Shown piece after piece: positions 56,620 to 64,000 of a stretch of DNA of 64,000 nucleotides (position 1 is the first letter of the stretch; each line of letters starts with the position of its first letter). The stretch covers positions 6,685 through 70,684 of the forward strand of contig JANNEP010000011.1 of assembly GCA_031378895.1 (NCBI GenBank), read 5' to 3'. Source of the stretch: Hyphomicrobium sp. GTDB lineage: Bacteria > Pseudomonadota > Alphaproteobacteria > Rhizobiales > Hyphomicrobiaceae. The notes under the pieces are model-generated. The model made no database searches. It was not told where the DNA came from and saw only the letters and a program-made list of their open reading frames with translations. Made by a program: the position numbers and the translations under genes.

Positions 56620-59172
56620 TTACGCCGCCCGCTGGCGTCTTTCCACCAGCATGCGGCCGCCGTCCGCAGCCGGCAAAGGCAGTTCAGGCAGCCGTACCGT
56701 CACGCGGGTGCCGCTATTTTCCTGCGAATCGATCTCGATGCGTCCGCCATGAAGTTCGACAAGGCTCTTGACGATGGACAGCCCGAGACCGGCACCACGA
56801 TGCTTGGAGCCCTGACTGCGGCTCTCAAAGCGTTGGAAGACGCGCGTGAGCTGGTCCTGGGGAATGCCGACGCCGTGATCCTCAACGCTGAATACGATCT
56901 CGCCCGCTTCCCGCCAGCAGGTGAGGTGAACCGTATCGTTAGCTTTCGAAAAGCCGACGGCGTTGGACAGCAAATTGTACAGCACCTGACGCATGCGGGC
57001 TTCATCCGCCATGAACTCCGAGACGTTGTCAGCAACGGCGATGTCGATTGTGAGCCGCGAGCGGATGGCGCGCTCCCGGATGCCGAGGATCGCGGAATCG
57101 ATGACGGTCCTGACGCCGACAGGCGCGAGCTTCAATTCGAGACTGCCCGCGTCGATGGTAGCGAGATCGAGAATGTCGTCGATGATCGCCAGCAGCGTTT
57201 TCGACGACGTCATGATGTCGGCAACGTACTCGCGCTGCTTGTCGTTGAGATCACCCATGAACGGGCTCGCCATGAGTTCCGTGAAGCCGATGATCGTTGT
57301 CAGCGGCGTGCGGAGTTCATAGGAAATATGGCCGATGAACTGGGTCTTCAGCCGGTCGGCGGCGATGAGGGCTTCATTGCGCTCGACAAGCGCGCGTTCG
57401 GCTGATTTCGCGGCCGTCACATCGGCAAACGTCAAGAGCGTCGCGCCGTCGGGCAGCGGCATCAGCGCGTAGTCGATGACGCTCAGATCATTGCGGACCA
57501 TCTGTCCATCGAAGGCTTCGCGCTCGTCGTATGCCGTCGCCGCCCGGCCGATCCGCTTCCAGGTGCCGGTATCGTTATAAAGTGTGGACGCATGCGCGAT
57601 GACGTCATCGACATGCGGAAACTCGCTGAGTTTGCGCGGGGCGATACGCCAAACATTGGCGAACGCTGCATTGAACAGTTTAAGGCGGCCGTCTGTGCCG
57701 AACACCGCGACGCCCTCCTTGAGGCTGTCGAGGGTTTCGCGCTGCACATCGATGAGTGCATTGTAGCGGCTTTCGAGTGCAATGCGCTCGGTCTGATCAG
57801 CATAGAGATAGGTGACACCACCATCTGGGCGTTGTTCTGCCATCACATGCAGAATACGGCCGTCGGTCAGATGCCAGCCATCTTCGAGAGCACCCCCGGT
57901 CTTGTAGCAGGCGAGCACCTGGGCCTTCCAATCGCGGTAGTTGACGACAGGTGGCAGCTTGCCCTGCTCGCGTAGCCGGTCGAGCACCGTGCTATCGCTT
58001 GGCTGCGTTGCGAGCCACTCGGCATCGAGCTGCCACAGCTTGGAGTAGGCGTCGTTGAAGAACACGAGATGCTGTTCGCGATTGAAAATGGCGACCGCGG
58101 TTTCGACCCTGTCGAGGGTACGGTCGTAGGCGGCAATCTGGCGCTCGAGTTCACCCTGGACCGTCTCGATGGCAGTGACGTCGATGGCAGCTCCAGCGGT
58201 GACGTCTTCGAGCGGCAGAACGACGATATCGTGCGGCTTGCGCTCACCACCGGCAACAAGGTGAACACGGGCCCGGTAGCTCTCTCCCTGGGCAATCGAT
58301 TTGGCGACCAACTTTCTCTGCCGGCTTTCGAGAAGTTCGATCTGGCGATCGAGCACCTCGAGTTCACTTTGGGCATCGACGGCAGTGATGTAGGCGGTGT
58401 TGACCCAGGTGATGCGGCCATCCGGATCGCGCAGCCAAACCGGCATCGGCAGCGTGTTCAGCAACGCCCTGCTCGAACGAACGTCACGCGCCAGCGTCGT
58501 GTGCTGCTCGAGGATGTTGGAGAGTTCAAGCTTGTAACCGGAGATGTCTTTCAGCCTCAACACGGCGCGCCCGCCCGCCGCCCGGCCCTCGGCCTCGACA
58601 TTGCCGCCGGCAAGTGTTTTCAATATGACGTTGAAAGCGCGGCCATTGGCGAACAGCTGATCGAGCCCGGATTTGAGGGCTTGGGCACCGGCGGCTTCCA
58701 GCCACTGGCCAAACCGCAGGATCTCCGCATGATGTTCGGGCAGCCCTGCAACGCCTGTCAGCGTATGCGCGACGATGCGGACCGCCAGTCCCTGTTCCCA
58801 GAAAATCAGCACCTGGGGTTCGGCGCGGATGATCGCATCCGCGGCTGCCAGATTGCGCCGGAGTTGCAGGCTTTCGGCCTTGGCGTAGCGGGCTTCGCGG
58901 CGCGCCACGCTGGTCATGTGCCAAACGATGAGACCGGCAATAAAGCCTGCGCCTGCAACAAGGGCGATGAGCGAGATATGCCGGAGATCAATCCGGTCAG
59001 GCTGGATGGCATGACCGGAGACGAAGGTCGCAAGCAGCGCCGTGACGCAGCCCATCGCCGCCAGCAGCAGCAAGGCGAGCTGGCGCCGGGTCGTCGATCT
59101 TTGGTTTCCTCTGGCGATGGCGCGCATGACGATCCGGGCTGACGGCGTTTGGTCTGGAGGAGCGACGCGCAA
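56620..59172 (-). CDS. divL: DivL pseudokinase (PAS domains, Tyr at the His site); start uncertain
   Basis: H-box reads HISYELRTPL; N, G1 and G2 boxes present; conserved position between ahcY and tsaE. Confidence 0.85.
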   Translation of the reverse strand: MRVAPPDQTPSARIVMRAIARGNQRSTTRRQLALLLLAAMGCVTALLATFVSGHAIQPDRIDLRHISLIALVAGAGFIAGLIVWHMTSVARREARYAKAESLQLRRNLAAADAIIRAEPQVLIFWEQGLAVRIVAHTLTGVAGLPEHHAEILRFGQWLEAAGAQALKSGLDQLFANGRAFNVILKTLAGGNVEAEGRAAGGRAVLRLKDISGYKLELSNILEQHTTLARDVRSSRALLNTLPMPVWLRDPDGRITWVNTAYITAVDAQSELEVLDRQIELLESRQRKLVAKSIAQGESYRARVHLVAGGERKPHDIVVLPLEDVTAGAAIDVTAIETVQGELERQIAAYDRTLDRVETAVAIFNREQHLVFFNDAYSKLWQLDAEWLATQPSDSTVLDRLREQGKLPPVVNYRDWKAQVLACYKTGGALEDGWHLTDGRILHVMAEQRPDGGVTYLYADQTERIALESRYNALIDVQRETLDSLKEGVAVFGTDGRLKLFNAAFANVWRIAPRKLSEFPHVDDVIAHASTLYNDTGTWKRIGRAATAYDEREAFDGQMVRNDLSVIDYALMPLPDGATLLTFADVTAAKSAERALVERNEALIAADRLKTQFIGHISYELRTPLTTIIGFTELMASPFMGDLNDKQREYVADIMTSSKTLLAIIDDILDLATIDAGSLELKLAPVGVRTVIDSAILGIRERAIRSRLTIDIAVADNVSEFMADEARMRQVLYNLLSNAVGFSKANDTVHLTCWREAGEIVFSVEDHGVGIPQDQLTRVFQRFESRSQGSKHRGAGLGLSIVKSLVELHGGRIEIDSQENSGTRVTVRLPELPLPAADGGRMLVERRQRAA

Positions 59173-59392
59173 CGGTCACACCGAACCTGGTCCGTGCGAG
59201 GCGGCACGAATCACTTGTACCAAGTATGCGGAGCTTGGCCCCCCACCGCCAGCCCGGGATGGGCTTGCGAGGCGCACCAAAACACGAACGGCGCCCGGGT
59301 GTTCCCCAGGCGCCGCGCACTTTTTCGTCTGGGGAGGTGAATCTGGGGGCTGGTCAAACCCGCCACCCGGACAAACTCAAAAAATTGGCGTC

Positions 59393-60799
59393 TCAATACC
59401 GGTAGTGGTCTGACTTGAACGGGCCTTCCGGCTTGACGCCGATGTAATCCGACTGATCGGGGCGCAGCTTCGTGAGCTTGGCGCCGATCTTGGCGAGGTG
59501 CAGCATCGCAACCTTCTCGTCGAGATGCTTCGGCAACGTATGCACCTTGATCTCGTACTTGCCGGGGTTGGTCCACAGCTCGATCTGCGCCAACGTCTGG
59601 TTGGTGAACGATGCCGACATCACAAACGAGGGGTGACCCATGGCGTTGCCGAGGTTCACGAGGCGGCCTTCCGAGAGCAGAATGATCCTCTTACCGTCCG
59701 GGAACTCGATCTCGTCGACTTGCGGCTTGACGTTATGCCACTTGAAGTTTTTCAACGCGGCGACTTGGATCTCGTTGTCGAAGTGGCCGATGTTGCAGAC
59801 AATGGCGCGGTCTTTCATGGCCCGCATGTGGTCGGCGGTGATAACGTCCTTGTTGCCGGTTGCCGTCACGAAAATGTCGGCGCGAGACGTCGCGTCTTCC
59901 ATGGTCACGACTTCATAGCCTTCCATCGCCGCCTGCAGGGCGCAGATCGGGTCGATTTCCGAGACCATGACGCGGCAGCCGGCCTGGCGCAGCGACGCTG
60001 CCGAGCCCTTGCCGACATCGCCGAAACCGGCGACGAACGCGACCTTGCCGGCCATCATCACGTCGGTGCCGCGGCGGATGCCGTCGACGAGGCTTTCGCG
60101 GCAGCCATAAAGGTTGTCGAACTTCGACTTGGTGACCGAGTCGTTGACGTTGATCGCCGGGAACAGCAACAAGCCCTTCTTGTGCATCTCATAGAGCCGA
60201 TGGACGCCGGTCGTCGTCTCTTCCGAAACGCCCTTGATGTTTTTGGCGAGAGCCGCGAACCAGCCCTTGGGCTTTTCCTTCAGTGTCTTCTTGAGCAGTG
60301 CGAAGAAGATTTCCTCTTCTTCCGAGCCCGGCTTGTCGAGGAATGCCGTGTCGCCATTCTCGGCGCGCAGGCCAAGATGCACGAACATCGTCGCGTCGCC
60401 GCCGTCATCGAGGATCATGTTCGGCATGCCGCCGTCACCCCACTCGAACAGTTTGCGGGTGTAGTCCCAGTAGTCCGTTAGGCTTTCACCCTTCCAGGCG
60501 AACACAGGGACGCCGCGAGCGGCAACGGCTGCAGCGGCGTGGTCCTGGGTCGAGTAGATGTTGCAACTCACCCAGCGGATATCAGCGCCGAGGGCTGCAA
60601 GTGTCTCAATGAGCACGGCGGTCTGGATCGTCATATGCAACGAGCCGGCGATGCGGGCGCCTTTCAACGGCTGTTTGGCGCCGTACTCTGCCCGCGTTGC
60701 CATGAGTCCCGGCATCTCGGTTTCGGCGATGGCGATCTCTTTGCGGCCCCATTCGGCCTGGCTCAAATCCTTGACGATGTAGTCGTTGGTCGTGCTCAT
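59393..60799 (-). CDS. ahcY: S-adenosylhomocysteine hydrolase
   Basis: [40 protein letters not shown]. Confidence 0.99.
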   Translation of the reverse strand: MSTTNDYIVKDLSQAEWGRKEIAIAETEMPGLMATRAEYGAKQPLKGARIAGSLHMTIQTAVLIETLAALGADIRWVSCNIYSTQDHAAAAVAARGVPVFAWKGESLTDYWDYTRKLFEWGDGGMPNMILDDGGDATMFVHLGLRAENGDTAFLDKPGSEEEEIFFALLKKTLKEKPKGWFAALAKNIKGVSEETTTGVHRLYEMHKKGLLLFPAINVNDSVTKSKFDNLYGCRESLVDGIRRGTDVMMAGKVAFVAGFGDVGKGSAASLRQAGCRVMVSEIDPICALQAAMEGYEVVTMEDATSRADIFVTATGNKDVITADHMRAMKDRAIVCNIGHFDNEIQVAALKNFKWHNVKPQVDEIEFPDGKRIILLSEGRLVNLGNAMGHPSFVMSASFTNQTLAQIELWTNPGKYEIKVHTLPKHLDEKVAMLHLAKIGAKLTKLRPDQSDYIGVKPEGPFKSDHYRY

Positions 60800-60966
60800 T
60801 TCAGCTCCTTCGGGGGCAGTGATCGGGTCCCTACAGGCGTCGCTCGCGGCAGCGCACCTGCAGGCTCGCCAGTAGGCTTGGAGGGCACCGGCGCAGAACG
60901 ACGCAGGTCAAAAAAGTTTCGCACCTCGGCCGGTGCTATAGCCGAGCCCCTGTTGCTACGCAATAA

Positions 60967-60988
60967 GATATAAACAACTCTTTATGTC
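60967..60988. promoter_or_regulatory. SahR-like operator upstream of ahcY
   Basis: GATATAAAC-AACT-CTTTATGTC imperfect palindrome ~170 nt upstream of ahcY. Confidence 0.45.
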
Positions 60989-61339
60989 ATCAGGCCACCA
61001 AAGGGCGCTGCGGCGTTCGCCGCCCGCATTGATTTTCCTTGTATTTTTGACAGATTTACACCAATAAATCCAAGTAAAAATTACTAATAAGTGATTAAAT
61101 AGAAGTATAAAATTCATATAAAATTTGAATAAAACTGGTCTAATATTATGTTTAGACCATCAAATGATACGTCTAAACTTAATCTCTCTTAAAGAGCTGC
61201 TCGTCTATTGTGAAAATTCCAATAGAAGTGCAGGAGACGTACTATGTATACTTATCAGGTGGGGCGGGATATTCCCTCTCCAGCTCCCATCCGGGAGGGC
61301 CAATCGGGCCTGCGTGTCGTCGGGGAGATCCGGTCACGG

Positions 61340-62665
61340 ATGACCCGCTTCGCTCAGGACACCGCTGGCGACGTTGCAATCTTGTTCGGCCTTATGGCCA
61401 TGGTCATGTTCATGACCATCGGGGCCGCGGTCGATTTCGGCCGCTGGCTCAATGCCCGCGATCAAACGGTGGCAGCCATCGACTCTGCGGTCCTGGCCGC
61501 GGCGAGCCTGAGGCGTACCGGTGGCACTGAGGCAGCTGCCCTCGCGGTGGCTCAGAAGTATTATGCAGAGGCAACCAAGAGCCGCCTCAAGACCAAGACG
61601 GATACGGTCGGCTTCACGTTCACGGAAGGCGGCACTGCCGTCACCGCGACCGGGTCGGCCACGATCGCGACGCCGTTCATGGGTCTCGGCGGCGTCAAGT
61701 CGCTGCCGTTGCTCAAGCTGTCAGGCGCCGAGTTCTCGGTGGCGAAGCTTGCCGTCGGCGGCAATGCTGAAACCAACATCGAGATCTCGATGATGCTCGA
61801 CGTCTCGGGCTCGATGGGTTCGGGTTCGAAGCTTTCCGATATGAAGGTGGCGGCGGTTGATCTCGTCAACATCATCGTCTGGGCGGATCAGTCCGAGTAC
61901 ACCTCGAAGGTTGCCGTCGTGCCGTTCTCGGGCGATGTGCGTCCGCCGGCGTCGTTGCTCACCGCTGCGACCGATCCGTTGTGGCCTCCGACCCGGACCA
62001 AGATCAAGTTCGGCAATACCTACACGTACTATAAAACCAGTTGCGTCGCCGAACGCGTAGGCGCCAACAAGCACACCGATGTGCTGTCCGGTCCGGGCAA
62101 TTATGTCATGGCTGCCTACACGTCGAACGGTAACTGCTCGACTCCGGCGTCCGGCACAGTGCTGCCGCTGACCAGCAACAAGGCTACTCTGACCAGCAAG
62201 ATCAACGGTCTGACCCTTGGTGGTGGTACGGCGGGTCACATCGGTACGTCATGGGCCTACTACATGATCTCGCCGAAGTGGTCGTCACTGCTCACGGGCA
62301 TCAGCACGCCGGTCGCGTACAACACGCCCCAGACCAAGAAATACGCTATCCTGATGACCGACGGCGAATACAACTACACCTACGATAATCAGGGAGTGCC
62401 AACGACCGCGAACGGCGCCAACGGCAGTGCCAACGGCAATAGCTCGGCAGCTCAGGCTCTTGCGACCTGCAACCAGATGAAGCAGGACGGTATCGAAGTC
62501 TTCACCGTCGGCTTTGATCTCGACGGCAACAATACCGCGATAAATACACTGAGAAACTGCGCCACCGACTCGACGAAGGCCTACACGGCCGACAACGGCG
62601 AGGAGCTGAAGCAGGCGTTCCGCGACATCGCTCTGAAGATTTCTTCGCTCTATCTGTCGAAGTAA
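61340..62665 (+). CDS. TadG-like pilus-associated protein (Tad N-terminus plus vWA domain)
   Basis: GDVAILFGL...GAAVDFGR...AIDSAVLAA; MIDAS DVSGSM; GGGTAG; ILMTDGE; EVFTVGF. Confidence 0.88.
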   Translation: MTRFAQDTAGDVAILFGLMAMVMFMTIGAAVDFGRWLNARDQTVAAIDSAVLAAASLRRTGGTEAAALAVAQKYYAEATKSRLKTKTDTVGFTFTEGGTAVTATGSATIATPFMGLGGVKSLPLLKLSGAEFSVAKLAVGGNAETNIEISMMLDVSGSMGSGSKLSDMKVAAVDLVNIIVWADQSEYTSKVAVVPFSGDVRPPASLLTAATDPLWPPTRTKIKFGNTYTYYKTSCVAERVGANKHTDVLSGPGNYVMAAYTSNGNCSTPASGTVLPLTSNKATLTSKINGLTLGGGTAGHIGTSWAYYMISPKWSSLLTGISTPVAYNTPQTKKYAILMTDGEYNYTYDNQGVPTTANGANGSANGNSSAAQALATCNQMKQDGIEVFTVGFDLDGNNTAINTLRNCATDSTKAYTADNGEELKQAFRDIALKISSLYLSK

Positions 62666-62695
62666 TCGCTCGACCTATTGGCTCCTGCAAAACCA

Positions 62696-62725
62696 AAAAG
62701 GGCGCTTCACCGGAAGCGCCCTTTT
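62696..62725. terminator. Bidirectional terminator
   Basis: AAAAGGGCGCTTC-ACCG-GAAGCGCCCTTTT. Confidence 0.85.
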
Positions 62726-62738
62726 TCTTTGCTCAAAT

Positions 62739-62774
62739 GGGGTCAGACCCCTCACATCTGAGGGGTCTGACCCC
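62739..62774. repeat. GGGGTCAGACCCC-type REP doublet (perfect 16-bp IR)
   Basis: GGGGTCAGACCCCTCA-CATC-TGAGGGGTCTGACCCC. Confidence 0.8.
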
Positions 62775-62781
62775 GATGCGC

Positions 62782-63087
62782 TCAATCATCGCCGACGCAA
62801 TCTTCGTCAAAGCCGGCTTCGACGAGCGCGACGAGCGCCTGCAAGGCCTCCGGGCCCTGCGGACCTGACGCCGAGATATGCAGCTGTGATCCTGGCCCCG
62901 CAGCCAGCATCATGAGGCCCATGATCGAGGTGCCGCCGACCATCTGGCCGTCGCGCGTGACGGTGATGTCGGCGTTATATCTTTCGGCGCACTTCACGAA
63001 CTTGGCGGAGGCGCGGGCGTGCAGCCCCTTGAGGTTGCGGATGACGACGATGGCTTCTGGCCGGGCGCTGTTCATGAGTTCGGGCAT
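62782..63087 (-). CDS. ptsH: HPr/NPr phosphocarrier
   Basis: KGLHARASAKFV, GTSIMGLMMLAA. Confidence 0.95.
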   Translation of the reverse strand: MPELMNSARPEAIVVIRNLKGLHARASAKFVKCAERYNADITVTRDGQMVGGTSIMGLMMLAAGPGSQLHISASGPQGPEALQALVALVEAGFDEDCVGDD

Positions 63088-63103
63088 GGCGAGATGCTGT
63101 CCC

Positions 63104-63505
63104 TCACTCGCCCGACAGTTCTTGGCTGGCGACTTTGATGTATTTGCGCCCCGCATCCCGGGCCAGCGCTACGGCCTGCGCCAGCGCCATCTCGCCACGG
63201 ATGCTGGCGAGCTTGACCAGGATAGGCAGATTAATGCCGGCGATGACCTCCGCCTTGGCCTCATCCATGACCGAAATCGCGAGGTTCGACGGCGTGCCGC
63301 CAAACATATCCGTGAGGATGATAACGCCACGGCCGGACTCGACCCGGTGCACGGCTCTGAGAATTTCCTGACGCCGCGCGTCCATGTCGTCATCGGGCCC
63401 GATCGCGACCGTCTCGAGCGCGGTCTGGCGCCCGACCACATGCTCCAGTGCGTTGCGAAACTCGGCGGCAAGCCCGCCGTGCGTGACGATGACAAGTCCG
63501 ATCAT
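63104..63505 (-). CDS. manX: PTS EIIA(Man)-type protein
   Basis: MIGLVIVTHG, LTDMFGGTPSN, GINLPILV. Confidence 0.92.
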   Translation of the reverse strand: MIGLVIVTHGGLAAEFRNALEHVVGRQTALETVAIGPDDDMDARRQEILRAVHRVESGRGVIILTDMFGGTPSNLAISVMDEAKAEVIAGINLPILVKLASIRGEMALAQAVALARDAGRKYIKVASQELSGE

Positions 63506-63643
63506 GAGCGAATAGCCGTTTCCGTGCCTTGCTGCAGCCGAAAGCCGGACGCGCGCCCTGCAGACATCGCCGTCCGCTGTGTGGTCAAGCGGGCGGAAGG
63601 TGGCAAGGGTTCGATCCAAGCGCAAGCGATTTCTGGCAACGGT

Positions 63644-64000
63644 CTAAGTCCATTCGCAGAGCGGCGGCAGTGACGGCATCGACAGGGCGGCGAGGATCTT
63701 GAGGGGCGCGGCGCATTCGAAGGCCGAAAGCCTGATAACGGGGACCGCCAGGCCCAGCAGCGCCACCATGGGCCAGGGATCGGGATAGCGTTCGATCTCG
63801 CCGCGATCCACGAGGTCGGCGACGAGGGCGATTCTGCCGTCGTGTTCAGGGTCCAAGTCGAGGATGCCGAGGCCGCGGACTTCGAGCTTGCCGAGCAGCG
63901 TCTCAGGCGCGTGCGCGGCGAGGCTCAGTCCGTCGCGGGTCAGGATAACCTGATCGTCGGCGACGAGGCGCGCCGGGTACGGCAGCAGCGGCGATTGCGG
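63644..64000 (-). CDS. hprK: HPr kinase-like protein (C-terminal part; start beyond window)
   Basis: LVADDQV...GKLEVRGLGI...ERYPDP; upstream of manX/npr. Confidence 0.88.
   Translation of the reverse strand, partial: PQSPLLPYPARLVADDQVILTRDGLSLAAHAPETLLGKLEVRGLGILDLDPEHDGRIALVADLVDRGEIERYPDPWPMVALLGLAVPVIRLSAFECAAPLKILAALSMPSLPPLCEWT

Noticed and set aside
60830-60880. SAH riboswitch upstream of ahcY
   Set aside because: The AGG(A/T)GCGCTGC-like and CAGGCTCG-like pieces lie on opposite strands, and no pseudoknot partner is present.
61129-61156. dif-like site (TTATGTTTAGA resembles a XerD arm)
   Set aside because: No XerC arm, and the sequence is better explained by the 8-bp palindrome. The gene context is typically origin-proximal.
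61179-61192. CtrA box upstream of tadG
   Set aside because: The TTAA-TTAA spacing is 6, not 7. The similar pair at 26744-26760 is spaced by 9.
63506-63643. Missing rapZ between hprK and manX
   Set aside because: The hprK-manX-npr order without rapZ is common in Rhizobiales, and no remnant is visible.

Overview
High-GC alphaproteobacterial chromosome segment, most consistent with Hyphomicrobiaceae. Evidence for this is the conserved trpFBA-accD-folC-trxA-addAB-murU-tsaE/amgK-divL-ahcY-npr-manX-hprK cluster, the lptC/A-lptB-rpoN-hpf-ptsN cluster, queG-fzlA-uppP, and a methylotroph-type PqqA. It is mostly housekeeping: about 55 CDS, tRNA-Leu(CAG) and tRNA-Ala(GGC). I found no rRNA, CRISPR array, prophage or intact transposase. 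The unusual content is largely non-coding or hidden in gene ends. (1) A dispersed hairpin family has a fixed architecture (covarying outer stem, 4-nt GCCG bulge, 7-bp inner stem, GNA triloop, AACAAAGAG-like tail). Seven copies pack the infC-rpmI-rplT-pheS region and an inverted pair sits beside a decayed GIY-YIG nuclease gene anchored to the 3' end of tRNA-Ala. (2) At least four other REP-like families are present, some translated as parts of proteins (YbdD N-terminus, Cmk C-terminus). (3) A 29-aa orphan PqqA precursor was missed by the ORF track. (4) There is an LptC-LptA-LptA fusion and a membrane-domain-Cmk fusion. (5) Regulatory signals include an AUC start for infC, RpoH promoters with a ROSE-like hairpin, and a SahR-like box. 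All calls were made by eye, without database searches, and start codons are best estimates.
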